Numbered from the stretch's first letter, positions 9,133 to 20,003 are shown. The stretch: DNA of 64,000 bases from an uncultured Woeseiaceae bacterium (GCA_964615665.1 CAZTQL010000001.1:7977-71976), one strand, 5' to 3'. Program-made: numbers and translations. The notes: generated by a model not told the origin, from the sequence alone.

Positions 9133-10281
9133 TTAACGGCGGTGCCTGACGTAAGTTTTGTCCAATTTATTCACTGCGTCGCAGCCCAGCAATGCCATCG
9201 TGCGCTCCACTTCGATTCGCAGCAGTTGCAGCCCGCGCTCCACGCCCGCCTGGCCTCCGGCTGCCAATGGGTAGAGGTAACCACGGCCTATGCTGCAGGC
9301 GTTTGCGCCTAATGCCAGCGCTTTGACGACGTGCGTGCCACGACGGATGCCGCCGTCACAGATAATTTCGAGTCGATCGTGCAACGCGTCGGCCACGCTC
9401 GCTATGCAGTCGACCGGTGCCGGCGCCGATTCCAGCTGGCGGCCTCCATGATTCGACAACATCACGGCCGTCGCGCCTGAATTCGCGGCTCGGCGGCAGT
9501 CCTCAACCGTTTGCACACCCTTGATAACCAGCGGACCATCCCATTGGGTCGCCAGCCACTCGACATCTTTCCAGGTCAGCGAACGATCAAACTGACTATT
9601 GATGTATTCGACGACTCCGCTGTCAATTTTCGCGGCGGCCTGACTGCTGGTGATATTGACCAGATCCAGGTCCTTGCGAATAAGAGCCCGATAGAGCCAG
9701 CCCGGATGGCGCGCGTAACTGAACGCGCTGCGCCACTTGAACTTTGGCGGTGCCGACATGCCGTAGACAATGTCCCGCTCGCGGTTGCCCGCCAGCGGGG
9801 TATCGACTGTAAGACAGAGCGCTTTGTAATGTTGCTGTTTGCACCGCGCGAGAAAATCGTTGGTTAAACCGCGGTCTTTGAAAACGTAAAGCTGGAACAG
9901 CTTCGGACCATCGCTGGCCGTCGCCGCGTCCTCGATAGTCGTGGTGCCGAGAGTCGACAAGCTGTAGACCATGCCGAACTTCTCGGCGGCTCTCGCGACA
10001 GCGGGTTCACCGGCGCGGTGGAACAGTTTGGAGGCGCCGGTTGGTGCGATCATCACTGGCCAATCCACCGGTTCGCCGAATAGCGTCGACTTGAGATTGA
10101 TGTTACTGACGTCGGCCAACTGCGTCGGAAGCAATTCGTAGTCGTTAAACGCATCGGTATTGCGCCCGAGCGTCCATTCATCGTCGGCACCGCCGTCCAT
10201 ATAATGAAACACCGGAGCCGGGAGTTTGCGCCGCGCGATGCGGCGAAAATCCATAATATTATTGCAGTTCGAGATGCCCAT
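9133..10281 (-). CDS. lldD: FMN-dependent alpha-hydroxy-acid dehydrogenase (L-lactate dehydrogenase-like)
   Basis: 382 aa. Supporting stretches are IMDFRRIARRKLPAPVFHYMDGGADDE and SNHGGRQL, with a C-terminal GGIRRG. The substrate is not determinable from sequence. Confidence 0.85.
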   Translation of the reverse strand: MGISNCNNIMDFRRIARRKLPAPVFHYMDGGADDEWTLGRNTDAFNDYELLPTQLADVSNINLKSTLFGEPVDWPVMIAPTGASKLFHRAGEPAVARAAEKFGMVYSLSTLGTTTIEDAATASDGPKLFQLYVFKDRGLTNDFLARCKQQHYKALCLTVDTPLAGNRERDIVYGMSAPPKFKWRSAFSYARHPGWLYRALIRKDLDLVNITSSQAAAKIDSGVVEYINSQFDRSLTWKDVEWLATQWDGPLVIKGVQTVEDCRRAANSGATAVMLSNHGGRQLESAPAPVDCIASVADALHDRLEIICDGGIRRGTHVVKALALGANACSIGRGYLYPLAAGGQAGVERGLQLLRIEVERTMALLGCDAVNKLDKTYVRHRR

Positions 10282-10383
10282 TGAGCGAGATTAGCACGAC
10301 CGCATGGGTTGTTAAGAGCAGCCACCCCTGGTACTCCGAGCCTGTTACAATTGCGCGCCAGAATCCTGGCACCGAGGAAGCTA

Positions 10384-11439
10384 ATGCAAAACGCGTCTAC
10401 AGTCGCTGATCCCGCAGGAAACCATGCCGTCGCCCGATGGTTGTTGCTGTGCTGCGGGCTGGTATTTGCGATGGTGGTTCTTGGTGGCTTCACGCGTCTG
10501 ACCGGCTCGGGCCTGTCGATGGTGGACTGGCGCCCGATCATGGGGGTATTGCCACCACTGGGTGAGGCCGAATGGCAACGCGTCTTTGAGCTTTACCAAC
10601 AGTCGCCCGAGTTTCAAAAAGTCAATTCGCACATGGACGTCCACGCGTTCAAGAATATTTTCTGGCTCGAGTACGTGCACCGCGTGCTTGGACGCTTGAT
10701 CGGTGTTGTCTTCCTACTGCCGTTTGTTTTCTTTGTTGTGAAAGGCACTATCAAAAAACGCGAATGGCCGAAATACCTGTTGATGTTCGCTCTTGGCGGC
10801 CTGCAGGGCTTGCTCGGCTGGTACATGGTGAAAAGTGGCCTGATCGATCGGCCACACGTTAGTCAGTATCGGCTGACGGCACACCTCGTGGCCGCGCTCC
10901 TCATTTATTCCTATATGTTCTGGGTGGCACTATCACTGCTTTATCCCGCGACTACGGGCGCCGAACGACAGCCATGGTTCCGCAGAACCGTTGCTTTAAC
11001 AGGATTGATCGCCGTGACCGTCATTTCGGGCGGCTTCGTCGCAGGCCTCAAGGCCGGCAAGATCTACAACACGTTCCCGATGATGGGCGATAGCTTCGTG
11101 CCACCGGGATTGATGTCGCTGGAGCCTGGCTGGAAGAACCTGTTCGACAATGCGGTTACGGCGCAGTTCGATCACCGCTTGCTCGCACTGACGACCTTGC
11201 TGGTGGTGGTGATCTACTGGATTAAGGCCCGTAAGACCCAATTACCGCGGCGGGCCGGCGTGGGTGCTAATGCCCTATTGCATACGACCATACTGCAGGT
11301 CTTGCTCGGTATCTCGACCCTGCTACTGGCTGTACCCATGTACCTTGGCGTTGCACACCAGGCGGTCGCCATGCTGTTACTCACGATCGCCATCTTCACG
11401 ACGCATGCCCTGCGTCGGGCCGAGCAACCGCATACGTAG
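10384..11439 (+). CDS. ctaA: heme A synthase (COX15/CtaA family)
   Basis: ATG at 10384 is preceded by GAGGAAG. The product is polytopic, with GGFTRLTGSGLSMVDW and conserved His residues. The TTG start at 10309 in the ORF track is less likely. Confidence 0.85.
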   Translation: MQNASTVADPAGNHAVARWLLLCCGLVFAMVVLGGFTRLTGSGLSMVDWRPIMGVLPPLGEAEWQRVFELYQQSPEFQKVNSHMDVHAFKNIFWLEYVHRVLGRLIGVVFLLPFVFFVVKGTIKKREWPKYLLMFALGGLQGLLGWYMVKSGLIDRPHVSQYRLTAHLVAALLIYSYMFWVALSLLYPATTGAERQPWFRRTVALTGLIAVTVISGGFVAGLKAGKIYNTFPMMGDSFVPPGLMSLEPGWKNLFDNAVTAQFDHRLLALTTLLVVVIYWIKARKTQLPRRAGVGANALLHTTILQVLLGISTLLLAVPMYLGVAHQAVAMLLLTIAIFTTHALRRAEQPHT

Positions 11440-11495
11440 CGATTTCGGCAAATACCCATGGGCTCACGCACACTATTCAGAGAAAATTGCCAACT

Positions 11496-12908
11496 ATGAA
11501 AGCAGTTTCAAACAATGCAAGTGACCTGACGACCGTCTGTTTTGATACGGATCTGATCGTTCGTTACGGCGGCCGCGGGCCGCGTTATACATCCTATCCG
11601 ACAGCGCTGCAGTTCAGCGACGCTGTGACGGCAGCGGACTACAAAACCAATGCCATCGCCAGTAATGACAGCGATGTGCCGCTGTCACTGTATGTGCATA
11701 TCCCCTTTTGCCACTCGCTTTGTTATTACTGCGGCTGCAACAAGATCGTCACGCGCAACGAAGCACGCGTCGAGCGTTACATCGAGATGCTGTACCGCGA
11801 AATCGAGATGCAGTCCGAGCTTTTTGACCGCGGCCGCAAGATCGAACAGTTGCATTTCGGCGGCGGCACGCCGACCTACCTGGATAACGCACAACTCAGT
11901 GAACTGCTGGATAAGCTGCGGGGTGCATTTAATTTTGACAACAGCGATAACCGCGAATTTTCGATCGAGGTAGACCCGCGGACCGTGGACGCCGACGGCA
12001 TCCGTCATCTGTATGCGCTCGGTTTCAATCGGCTCAGCCTGGGCATCCAGGACTTCGATCCGGCTGTGCAGGACGCGGTCAATCGGCGACAAACGCCCGA
12101 AGAGGTGCGGCTGCTGATGACAAGCGCAATTGATGCCGGGTTTGGCTCGATCAGTTTCGACCTGATTTATGGCCTGCCGCACCAGACTGTCGAGAGTTTC
12201 AATCAGACGCTCGACATCGCCATCGACATGAAGCCTGACAGGCTTGCTGTTTACAATTACGCCCACCTGCCGCAACGCTTCAAGGGCCAGCGCATGATCA
12301 ACGACGGCGACATCCCGTTGCCCGAAGTCAAACTGGAGCTCCTGCACCATACAATCGACAAGCTGTGTGCGGCCGGGTACATCTACATCGGCATGGACCA
12401 TTTCGCCCTGCCCGAAGACGAGCTGGTCCGCGCTCGCCAGAACGGCACCCTGCAGCGCAACTTCCAGGGTTACTCGACACATCGCCAGTGCGACCTCGTA
12501 TCGCTCGGCGTCAGTGGTATCAGCAACATCGGCAACATGTTTGCCCAGAACTCGATCACAACGTTGGAGTACGAAACGATTATTGAAAGCGGCGAATTGC
12601 CGATTCGCAAAGGTCTGCTCGTCGACGAGGACGACCAGCTGCGCGAGGGCGTCATCCAGGCGCTAATGTGCTACGACAGCCTTTCCTTTGATGAGTATGG
12701 CGCGGAACACGGCATCGACTTTCGCGACTATTTTGCCGCTGAAATCGCGCGTCTCGAACCGCTCGCCGCGGACGATCTGATCGAACTCGACGACGCCGGT
12801 GTGTCAATCACGCAGAAAGGTCGATTGCTGCTGAGAAGTATCGCGATGATTTTCGATCGCTATATCGACCAGGCCGAAAACGACAATCGCTTCTCGAAAG
12901 CAATTTAA
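11496..12908 (+). CDS. hemN: oxygen-independent coproporphyrinogen III oxidase (radical SAM)
   Basis: Supporting motifs are GPRYTSYPTA, the radical-SAM CxxxCxxC (PFCHSLCYYCGC) and GGGTP. ATG at 11496 is preferred over TTG at 11487. Confidence 0.93.
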   Translation: MKAVSNNASDLTTVCFDTDLIVRYGGRGPRYTSYPTALQFSDAVTAADYKTNAIASNDSDVPLSLYVHIPFCHSLCYYCGCNKIVTRNEARVERYIEMLYREIEMQSELFDRGRKIEQLHFGGGTPTYLDNAQLSELLDKLRGAFNFDNSDNREFSIEVDPRTVDADGIRHLYALGFNRLSLGIQDFDPAVQDAVNRRQTPEEVRLLMTSAIDAGFGSISFDLIYGLPHQTVESFNQTLDIAIDMKPDRLAVYNYAHLPQRFKGQRMINDGDIPLPEVKLELLHHTIDKLCAAGYIYIGMDHFALPEDELVRARQNGTLQRNFQGYSTHRQCDLVSLGVSGISNIGNMFAQNSITTLEYETIIESGELPIRKGLLVDEDDQLREGVIQALMCYDSLSFDEYGAEHGIDFRDYFAAEIARLEPLAADDLIELDDAGVSITQKGRLLLRSIAMIFDRYIDQAENDNRFSKAI

Positions 12909-12912
12909 AGCG

Positions 12913-13911
12913 TTATTTTCCCCTGATTACGGTCAGCCAGCCGTGCGTGTCTTCCGCTAAACCGAACTGGATATCCTGCAGCGCTTTTTGCAGTCGCGCC
13001 GAATTGGGTCCCGGCTTGCCGTCACGAACCGGAATTTCCTCGCCGTTATAAACAAGCGCGCCAACCGGCGACATGCATGCCGCCGTGCCGGACAACACCG
13101 CCTCGAACTTCGACACACCTTCCAGCAGTTCCTGAACGGTGAAATTTCGTTCGTTAACCGTGTAACCCAGCTCTGCGCCGAGCTTCAGTATCGAATCACG
13201 TGTCATGCCGTGCAGGAACGAAGTATCGAGCGGTTTCGTAATAATCTCGTCGTCACTGATCAGCAGGAAGTTTGCCGCACCCGTTTCCTGGACATCACCG
13301 CCTGGACAGAATAGCACCTGATCGGCGCCGTACTTTGCTTTGGCCTCGAGCGTCGGTCCCAATGCCGCCGCGTAATTGCCACCCGTCTTGGTGCTGCCCA
13401 GTTGCTCCGTGGTTCGTGCTCGCTGATCATCGACCAGCAGCTTCAGTGTCGCTTTGCCACCGGCGAAATAATCGCCAACCGGTGATGCGATAACAAACAA
13501 TGTGGCTTCGTTCGACGGTGCGGCGGCGGCGCCGATGTTTTCCAGCGTTCCGATCAATGTTGGCCGCAGATACAGTGAACTCGGCGGCTCTGGAATGTCC
13601 GCGAGCTGATGCGACACCAGGTCGATCACCATACCGGCCAGCAAATCCTCTTCCGGAACCGGCAAACACATCGACCGCGCACTTTTTTGCATGCGCGCAA
13701 CGTGATCGTCAAGTCTGAAGATGCGGCCGTGACCGTCTTGCCAACGGTACGCTTTAAAGCCCTCGAAGCAGGTACTGGCATAATGAAAGACATGCGCGGC
13801 CGGGTGCATCGGCAATGGCGCAAGTGGCTCCAGCGACGGTGCCTGCCAGGCGCCGTCAACGTAACGGGTGATCACGAGGTGATCACAGAATTCTGTGCCG
13901 AACTGGCTCAT
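12913..13911 (-). CDS. ilvE: branched-chain amino acid aminotransferase (fold type IV)
   Basis: Motifs include CFEGFKAYR, YLRP, TKTGGNYA and GMTR. ATG at 13911 (MSQFG...) is preferred to the TTG at 13971. Confidence 0.85.
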   Translation of the reverse strand: MSQFGTEFCDHLVITRYVDGAWQAPSLEPLAPLPMHPAAHVFHYASTCFEGFKAYRWQDGHGRIFRLDDHVARMQKSARSMCLPVPEEDLLAGMVIDLVSHQLADIPEPPSSLYLRPTLIGTLENIGAAAAPSNEATLFVIASPVGDYFAGGKATLKLLVDDQRARTTEQLGSTKTGGNYAAALGPTLEAKAKYGADQVLFCPGGDVQETGAANFLLISDDEIITKPLDTSFLHGMTRDSILKLGAELGYTVNERNFTVQELLEGVSKFEAVLSGTAACMSPVGALVYNGEEIPVRDGKPGPNSARLQKALQDIQFGLAEDTHGWLTVIRGK

Positions 13912-13998
13912 CGGGTGTCTGCTTTTTGCGGTTCTTTCAGAGGTCCACACTTTGCCATCATTCGTTGGCAATTTGCCATACCTGAAAGCCGTTATACG

Positions 13999-14547
13999 TC
14001 AAAATGTTGGTGGTGTGCACGCGGTAATCAGCTCACACGGCTCGTTGCCGATATTGCGAAACTGGTGTGGGCGACTGCTCTTGAAGTAATACGCATCACC
14101 CTTCGCAAGCACTGCCACCTCGTCGCCAACGGTGACCTCCAATCGGCCGCTCAAGATGATGCCGCACTCCTCACCCTCGTGAGTGATTGCGTGTTTGCCG
14201 GTCCCGGCTCCAGGCTGATAGCACTCCTGGATGAGCTGAATGCTGCGATTACCGAGATTCTTGCCTACCTGGCGAAACGACACGCCGCCATCGGCAATCT
14301 CGGTCAGCTCGGAGGCCCGAAAGAACACGCGGTCCAGCGTCTCGAACTCATCACCAAAAAAGTCGCCGAGGCTGATCGGAATGCCATCGAGCACTTTCTT
14401 CAGCATACTGACCGTCGGATTCAGTTTGCCGGCCTCGATCTGTGAAATCGTCGCGTTAGCCACACCCGACTGCCGCGCCAGCTGGCGTTGTGACAGCGCC
14501 AGCCGCAGGCGAATCTGTTTCAAACGCTTGCCGATCTCACGGTCCAT
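13999..14547 (-). CDS. XRE-family HTH plus cupin transcriptional regulator
   Basis: The N-terminal HTH is LSQRQLARQSGVANATISQIEAG. The C-terminal cupin region is GKHAITHEGEECGIILSGRLEV. The gene is divergent from the aminotransferase/mmsA pair. Confidence 0.85.
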   Translation of the reverse strand: MDREIGKRLKQIRLRLALSQRQLARQSGVANATISQIEAGKLNPTVSMLKKVLDGIPISLGDFFGDEFETLDRVFFRASELTEIADGGVSFRQVGKNLGNRSIQLIQECYQPGAGTGKHAITHEGEECGIILSGRLEVTVGDEVAVLAKGDAYYFKSSRPHQFRNIGNEPCELITACTPPTF

Positions 14548-14704
14548 TGTTATCCCCGTTGGTAGTGTTCACTATTCACTAACATTCTGACTGCTCGTTC
14601 TAATAAATTCAATAGCTTAGGAATCTGCACATAACTCGTTGTTTAACAATGCTGCGCAGGCGTACACTGCGAGGACGACTGGATTATCGAGCAGAGAGAC
14701 CCTC
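14548..14704. promoter_or_regulatory. divergent promoter/operator region (putative)
   Basis: 157-bp relatively AT-rich gap between the regulator and the transaminase. It contains a direct repeat ttcact-a-ttcact and the palindrome TTGTTTAACAA (14639-14649). Confidence 0.3.
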
Positions 14705-16027
14705 ATGAGCGCCACACCTGACAAACTTGATGCCTACTGGATGCCATTTACCGCGAACCGTGATTTCAAGAAGAAACCGCGGGTCATCAATGGCGCCGCC
14801 GGTCACTACTACACCACGGCAGACGGTCGCAAACTGTACGACATGTTCTCCGGTCTGTGGACCAGCGGCGTCGGTCACTGCCATCCGAAAATTGTCGCTG
14901 CCGTGCAAAAACAGGTCGCGGAGCTCGACTATTGCATGGGGTTCCAGGTCACGAACGATAAAGCGCTCGAGCTGGCAGAACGGGTTGTCAATATGGCCCC
15001 CGAGGGGATGACGCGCTGCTTCTTTACCAACTCAGGATCCGAATCGGTCGACACCGCGCTGAAGATCGCACTGGGCTATCATCGTGCACGCGGCGAAGGC
15101 CATCGCACGCGCCTGATAGGCCGCGAACGCGGCTACCATGGTGTCAACTTCGGTGGCATGTCGGTGGGCGGCATGGTACCGAATCGTAAAGCATTCAGTG
15201 CGAACCTGATTCCGGGCGTCGATCACATCCGGCATACACTCGATCTAGAGCACAATGCATTCTGCCGCGGCCTGCCGCAGTGGGGCGCGCACCTCGCGGA
15301 TGACCTCGAGCGGCTTTGCGCCCTGCACGATGCCAGCAATATCGCAGCCGTGATCGTCGAACCGGTTGCCGGATCCACCGGCGTGTTACCGCCGCCAATC
15401 GGTTATCTCGAACGTCTGAGAGAGATCTGCGACAAGCATGGCATCCTGCTGATTTTTGACGAAGTCATTGCTGCTTTCGGGCGCCTGGCGCGGCCTTTCG
15501 GCGCGCAGCGCTTTGGTGTCACACCGGACATCATCACGACCGCCAAGGGCCTCACCAACGGTGTTATTCCAATGGGCGCAGTGTTGGTGCGCGACTCGGT
15601 CTACGATGCCTTCATGCACGGCCCCGAAAATATGATCGAACTGTTCCACGGCTACACCTATTCGGGCCACCCGGTCGCTGCGGCTGCCGGACTGGCGACG
15701 ATGAACGTGTACGATGAGGAAGGCACCTTCGAGCAGTCCGCCGCGCTCGAGCAACATTTCGAGGACCTGCTACATTCGTTCGCCGATCACAAACACGTCG
15801 TCGACGTGCGCAACATTGGCCTCATGGGTGCCATCGAGATGGCGCCGCGCGAAAGCGCGCCGGGTGCGCGCGGCGGTGAGGCGCACAAGAAGTGTTTCTG
15901 GGACGAGAATATTGTTATTCGCAATGGCATGGATATCCTGCAATTCTCACCGTTCCTCAACTCGAAGCCCGACGAGATGCAGCAGTCGTTCGAGGCACTG
16001 CGCCGCGTACTCGATAGCATCGACTAA
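14705..16027 (+). CDS. class-III (omega) aminotransferase, beta-alanine:pyruvate transaminase-like
   Basis: ATG at 14705 gives MSATPDKLDAYWMPFTANRDFKKKPR, the typical N-terminus of omega-amino-acid:pyruvate transaminases. DEVIAAFGR and the TTAKG PLP-lysine region are present. Confidence 0.85.
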   Translation: MSATPDKLDAYWMPFTANRDFKKKPRVINGAAGHYYTTADGRKLYDMFSGLWTSGVGHCHPKIVAAVQKQVAELDYCMGFQVTNDKALELAERVVNMAPEGMTRCFFTNSGSESVDTALKIALGYHRARGEGHRTRLIGRERGYHGVNFGGMSVGGMVPNRKAFSANLIPGVDHIRHTLDLEHNAFCRGLPQWGAHLADDLERLCALHDASNIAAVIVEPVAGSTGVLPPPIGYLERLREICDKHGILLIFDEVIAAFGRLARPFGAQRFGVTPDIITTAKGLTNGVIPMGAVLVRDSVYDAFMHGPENMIELFHGYTYSGHPVAAAAGLATMNVYDEEGTFEQSAALEQHFEDLLHSFADHKHVVDVRNIGLMGAIEMAPRESAPGARGGEAHKKCFWDENIVIRNGMDILQFSPFLNSKPDEMQQSFEALRRVLDSID

Positions 16028-16051
16028 GCGCTGACCACACCTGGAGAAATC

Positions 16052-17581
16052 ATGAACGCAACACCGGCCAGCAAGATCGACGCCGCCAACATCGTCGGCC
16101 ATTTCATCAATGGGGACGAAGTCAGCGACGACAATCGCCCCGAACCCATCACGAACCCCGCGACCGGCAAGGTAACGCGACACGTAGCCATGGCGTCGAA
16201 AGCCACGGTCGAAGATGCGATCGCCGCTGCAGAGGCGGCTTTCCCGGCCTGGCGAAATACGCCGCCGGCGAAACGTGCTCGCATCATGTTCCGTTTCAAA
16301 CAGCTGCTGGAAGAACATGCGGATGAAATCGCGGCAGCGATTACCGACGAGCATGGCAAGGTGCTCGATGATGCAATGGGCGAGTTCGGCCGCGGCGTCG
16401 AAGTTGTCGACTACGCCTGCGGAATTCCCGAACTGCTCAAGGGCGAGTACTCGCGCAATGTCGGCCCCGGCATCGATAGCTGGTCCGATCACCAGCCCCT
16501 GGGCGTCGTTGCCGGCATTACGCCGTTCAATTTTCCCGCGATGGTACCAATGTGGATGTACCCGATGGCCATTGCTTGCGGCAACACGTTTGTACTGAAA
16601 CCGTCTGAAAAGGATCCGTCGGCGCCGATGCTTGTTGCCCGCCTCCTTAAGCAGGCGGGACTGCCAGACGGAGTTTTCAACCTGGTCAATGGCGACAAGG
16701 AAGCCGTGGATACTTTACTTCATGACGAGCGGGTGCAGGCAATCAGCTTCGTTGGCTCGACGCCGATCGCTGAATATATCTACACAACCGGTACCAGGAA
16801 CGGCAAGCGCGTGCAGGCACTCGGCGGCGCCAAGAACCATGCAATCGTTATGCCCGATGCCGACCTGGACAACGCGGTCAGCGCCCTGATGGGCGCAGCC
16901 TTTGGCTCCTGCGGCGAACGCTGCATGGCGATCGCGGTCGCTGTGTGTGTCGGTGACGACACCGCCGACACGATAGTCGGCAAGCTCACAGAGCAAATCG
17001 CCAGTCTGAAAGTCGGCGCCGGCACCGACAACGCCAACAACATGGGGCCGCTCGTGACACAGGCGCATTTTGAAAAGGTGCGCGGGTACGTAGACCTCGG
17101 CGTGGAGGAAGGCGCAGACCTGGTTGTCGACGGCCGCGGACTGGTCGTGGCGGATCACGAGGACGGTTTCTTTCTTGGCCCCTGCCTGTTCGACAAGGTC
17201 ACCGCCGACATGCGCATTTACCAGGACGAGATATTCGGCCCGGTGCTGTGCGTCGTGCGCGCCGAATCCGAGGAACAGGCCATGCAATTGATCGACAACC
17301 ACGAGTATGGCAATGGCACCTGTATCTTCACGCGCGACGGTGAGGCGGCGCGCTATTTCGCGGACAACATCAAGGTCGGCATGGTCGGTATTAACGTGCC
17401 GCTGCCGGTACCGGTTGCCTATCACAGCTTTGGCGGCTGGAAGCGCTCACTATTTGGCGACCTGTACGCCTACGGGCCCGACAGCGTGCGTTTTTACACA
17501 CGCCGCAAGACCATCACACAACGCTGGCCCTCCGGCGGCGTTCGCGAAACGGCGCAGTTTTCCTTTCCCGGACGGCAGTAG
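16052..17581 (+). CDS. mmsA: CoA-acylating methylmalonate/malonate-semialdehyde dehydrogenase
   Basis: 509-aa aldehyde dehydrogenase family protein. Motifs include FPAMVPMWM, VLKPSEKDP and GERCMA. The tail (FYTRRKTITQRWP) is typical of MmsA. Confidence 0.9.
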   Translation: MNATPASKIDAANIVGHFINGDEVSDDNRPEPITNPATGKVTRHVAMASKATVEDAIAAAEAAFPAWRNTPPAKRARIMFRFKQLLEEHADEIAAAITDEHGKVLDDAMGEFGRGVEVVDYACGIPELLKGEYSRNVGPGIDSWSDHQPLGVVAGITPFNFPAMVPMWMYPMAIACGNTFVLKPSEKDPSAPMLVARLLKQAGLPDGVFNLVNGDKEAVDTLLHDERVQAISFVGSTPIAEYIYTTGTRNGKRVQALGGAKNHAIVMPDADLDNAVSALMGAAFGSCGERCMAIAVAVCVGDDTADTIVGKLTEQIASLKVGAGTDNANNMGPLVTQAHFEKVRGYVDLGVEEGADLVVDGRGLVVADHEDGFFLGPCLFDKVTADMRIYQDEIFGPVLCVVRAESEEQAMQLIDNHEYGNGTCIFTRDGEAARYFADNIKVGMVGINVPLPVPVAYHSFGGWKRSLFGDLYAYGPDSVRFYTRRKTITQRWPSGGVRETAQFSFPGRQ

Positions 17582-17652
17582 TCCTACAGGCGACGGGCAC
17601 GATCGCCTCATCGAAGGTACAATCGCCGGCTTAAGCTGACCGGAGACTTTTG

Positions 17653-18519
17653 ATGAAAAGACTTGCCCTGCTATTACTTGCGCTGGCCCCAGCGGCCCCG
17701 GCGCAGGACTTTGCCATATCGTTCAAGTCCACTGAGGTTACGGACGGCTTCTATATGCTCGACGGTGTGGAAGGCTTCGGCGGCGGCAACGTCGGCCTGT
17801 TGGTCGGCGATGAATATATCGTACTGATCGACGACGCGATGGTCCCGACCGCGCCTGCGCTGCTCAACGCCGCCTTGGAGCTTGCGGGCCGACCGATTGA
17901 CTTCGTGATCAATACGCATGTGCACGCCGACCATGTCGGTGGCAACGAACTGATGGCGAAAGATGGCGCGATCATTGTCGCGCACGACAATATCCGCAAG
18001 CGCATGCAGGGTGATCCGAAACTCGAGACGGGCCCCGGCGCACTGCCGGTGCTGACCTTCTCGGATGCGGTGACGTTTCACGTAAACGGCAACGAAGCAT
18101 ATGTCTTTCACATTGAGAGCGCGCACACCGATGGCGACGCGGCCATCCAGTTCCGCAACGTCAACGTCATCTTTGCCGGTGATGTCATGTTCAATGGTCT
18201 GTTCCCGTTTATTGATCTGGACAACGGCGGCTCCGTTGACGGTTATATCGCCGGGCAGCAGCAGTTGTTGGCAATGGCCGATGACGCGACAAAAATCGTC
18301 CCCGGCCACGGCCCCGTCGCGAACAAGGCCGACCTGCAGCGCAACCTTGATGTTTTGATCGCCGCGCAGGCGCTGGTGGAGCCGTTGGTCGAAAAAGGCA
18401 TGAGCACCGACGACATCGTCGCCGCGAACCCGCTTGAGCCTTACGAGAGTTACAGCTGGGAATTCATCACCACGGAGCGCATGACGCGCACGCTCGTACG
18501 TTCACTGACACCGGAATAA
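17653..18519 (+). CDS. secreted MBL-fold metallo-hydrolase
   Basis: Signal peptide MKRLALLLLALAPAAPAQ. The HxHxDH motif is NTHVHADHVGGN. GGAG lies upstream of the ATG at 17653. Confidence 0.8.
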   Translation: MKRLALLLLALAPAAPAQDFAISFKSTEVTDGFYMLDGVEGFGGGNVGLLVGDEYIVLIDDAMVPTAPALLNAALELAGRPIDFVINTHVHADHVGGNELMAKDGAIIVAHDNIRKRMQGDPKLETGPGALPVLTFSDAVTFHVNGNEAYVFHIESAHTDGDAAIQFRNVNVIFAGDVMFNGLFPFIDLDNGGSVDGYIAGQQQLLAMADDATKIVPGHGPVANKADLQRNLDVLIAAQALVEPLVEKGMSTDDIVAANPLEPYESYSWEFITTERMTRTLVRSLTPE

Positions 18520-18527
18520 GCAAGCCT

Positions 18528-19934
18528 ATGAACACGCAAAAAAGCGCGGATTTTGTAAACGCCATGTGGGACGACTCGATCATCCCGGAAATCGCCGAGT
18601 ACATTAAGGTCCCGAACAAGTCGCCACATTTCGATCCCGACTGGGAGCAGAACGGGCACATGGAAGAGGCGGTCGAGATGCTCGAAACCTGGTGCCGGAA
18701 ACAGCCGATCAAGGATATACAGGTCGAGGTTGTGCGGCTTCCAGGCCGCACACCGGTGCTCTTTATTGAAATTCCCGGACAGTCCGACGATGTCGTCCTG
18801 CTGTATGGCCACTATGACAAGCAGCCCGAGTTCAGCGGATGGGATGAAGACCTGGATCCATGGACCCCGGTCATCAAGGACGGCAAACTTTACGGGCGAG
18901 GTGGTGCCGACGACGGCTACGCGACCTTTGGATCGCTGACCGCCATTCGCGCCCTGCAGGAACAAGGTATTCCCCACGCAAACTGCGTGGTCATCGTTGA
19001 AGGCTGTGAAGAGAGCGGCAGCTTCGACCTGCCGTTTTACATTGACCTGCTCGAAGACCGTATTGGCTCTCCGGACCTGGTCGTTTGTCTCGACGCCGAG
19101 TGTGGCAACTACGATCAGCTTTGGTGTACGACGTCGCTACGCGGCAATCTGACAGGCACTTTGCGAGTCGACGTTCTAACCGAGGGCGTGCATTCCGGCA
19201 CCGCAAGCGGAGTCGTACCGTCGAGTTTTCGAATCGCACGGCAGTTAATCAGTCGCATCGAGGACGAGTCAAACGGACAGATCTTGCTTGATGACCTGCA
19301 CGTCGACATTCCGGAGCAGCGACTGCAGCAGGCGAGTCTCGCGGCCGAGACTCTTCAGGCTTCCGTTTACGAGAAGTTCCCATGGGCCGTCGATGCGCCC
19401 TCGCCGGGTGAGTCCCACACGGAGCTCTTGCTGAATAACACCTGGCGGCCCACGCTGGCGGTAACCGGTGCCGATGGTATGCCGGCGCTCGTCGATGCCG
19501 GCAATGTCCTGCTGCCATACACAACGTTAAAGCTGTCCTTCCGATTGCCGCCAACTTGCGATGCTGACAAAGCGGCGGACGCGGTGAAGCAGGTGATCGA
19601 AGCGGATACTCCGCCGTTGACCAGCGTTTCTTTCGACGTGGAATCCACGATGGCTGGCTGGAACGCGCCGGCCGTCGCCGAGTGGCTCGAGGCGTCAATG
19701 CACAAAGCGTCCAATCAGTTCTTCGGCGAACCTTCGATGTACATGGGTACCGGCGGCACGATCCCGTTCATGGGAATGCTCGGAGAGCGCTTCCCGGAGG
19801 CACAGTTTCTTATTACCGGATTACTGGGACCGAAATCGAACGCGCACGGGCCGAATGAATTCCTGCACATCGAAACCGGGAAGCGTCTGACGGCCTGCGT
19901 GGCGCAGGTCCTTGAGGATCACTACACTCGCTGA
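18528..19934 (+). CDS. M20-family dipeptidase/metallopeptidase
   Basis: 468 aa with LLYGHYDKQP and GRGGADDGY, plus M20 catalytic and dimerisation domain layout. Confidence 0.8.
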   Translation: MNTQKSADFVNAMWDDSIIPEIAEYIKVPNKSPHFDPDWEQNGHMEEAVEMLETWCRKQPIKDIQVEVVRLPGRTPVLFIEIPGQSDDVVLLYGHYDKQPEFSGWDEDLDPWTPVIKDGKLYGRGGADDGYATFGSLTAIRALQEQGIPHANCVVIVEGCEESGSFDLPFYIDLLEDRIGSPDLVVCLDAECGNYDQLWCTTSLRGNLTGTLRVDVLTEGVHSGTASGVVPSSFRIARQLISRIEDESNGQILLDDLHVDIPEQRLQQASLAAETLQASVYEKFPWAVDAPSPGESHTELLLNNTWRPTLAVTGADGMPALVDAGNVLLPYTTLKLSFRLPPTCDADKAADAVKQVIEADTPPLTSVSFDVESTMAGWNAPAVAEWLEASMHKASNQFFGEPSMYMGTGGTIPFMGMLGERFPEAQFLITGLLGPKSNAHGPNEFLHIETGKRLTACVAQVLEDHYTR

Positions 19935-20003
19935 GCACGCGGCGCCTCGGCAACAATGTGGCTTCAGCAAAGCATCCCGTTAACGACCATGCACTCGCGC
20001 CTA

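Noticed and set aside
11685-12482. 265-aa minus-strand ORF
   Set aside because: It is antisense to hemN, whose radical-SAM CxxxCxxC motif is in the + frame.
13609-14445. 278-aa + strand ORF spanning the ilvE 5' end and the HTH-cupin regulator
   Set aside because: It is antisense to two well-supported genes and crosses their intergenic gap. It is judged spurious.
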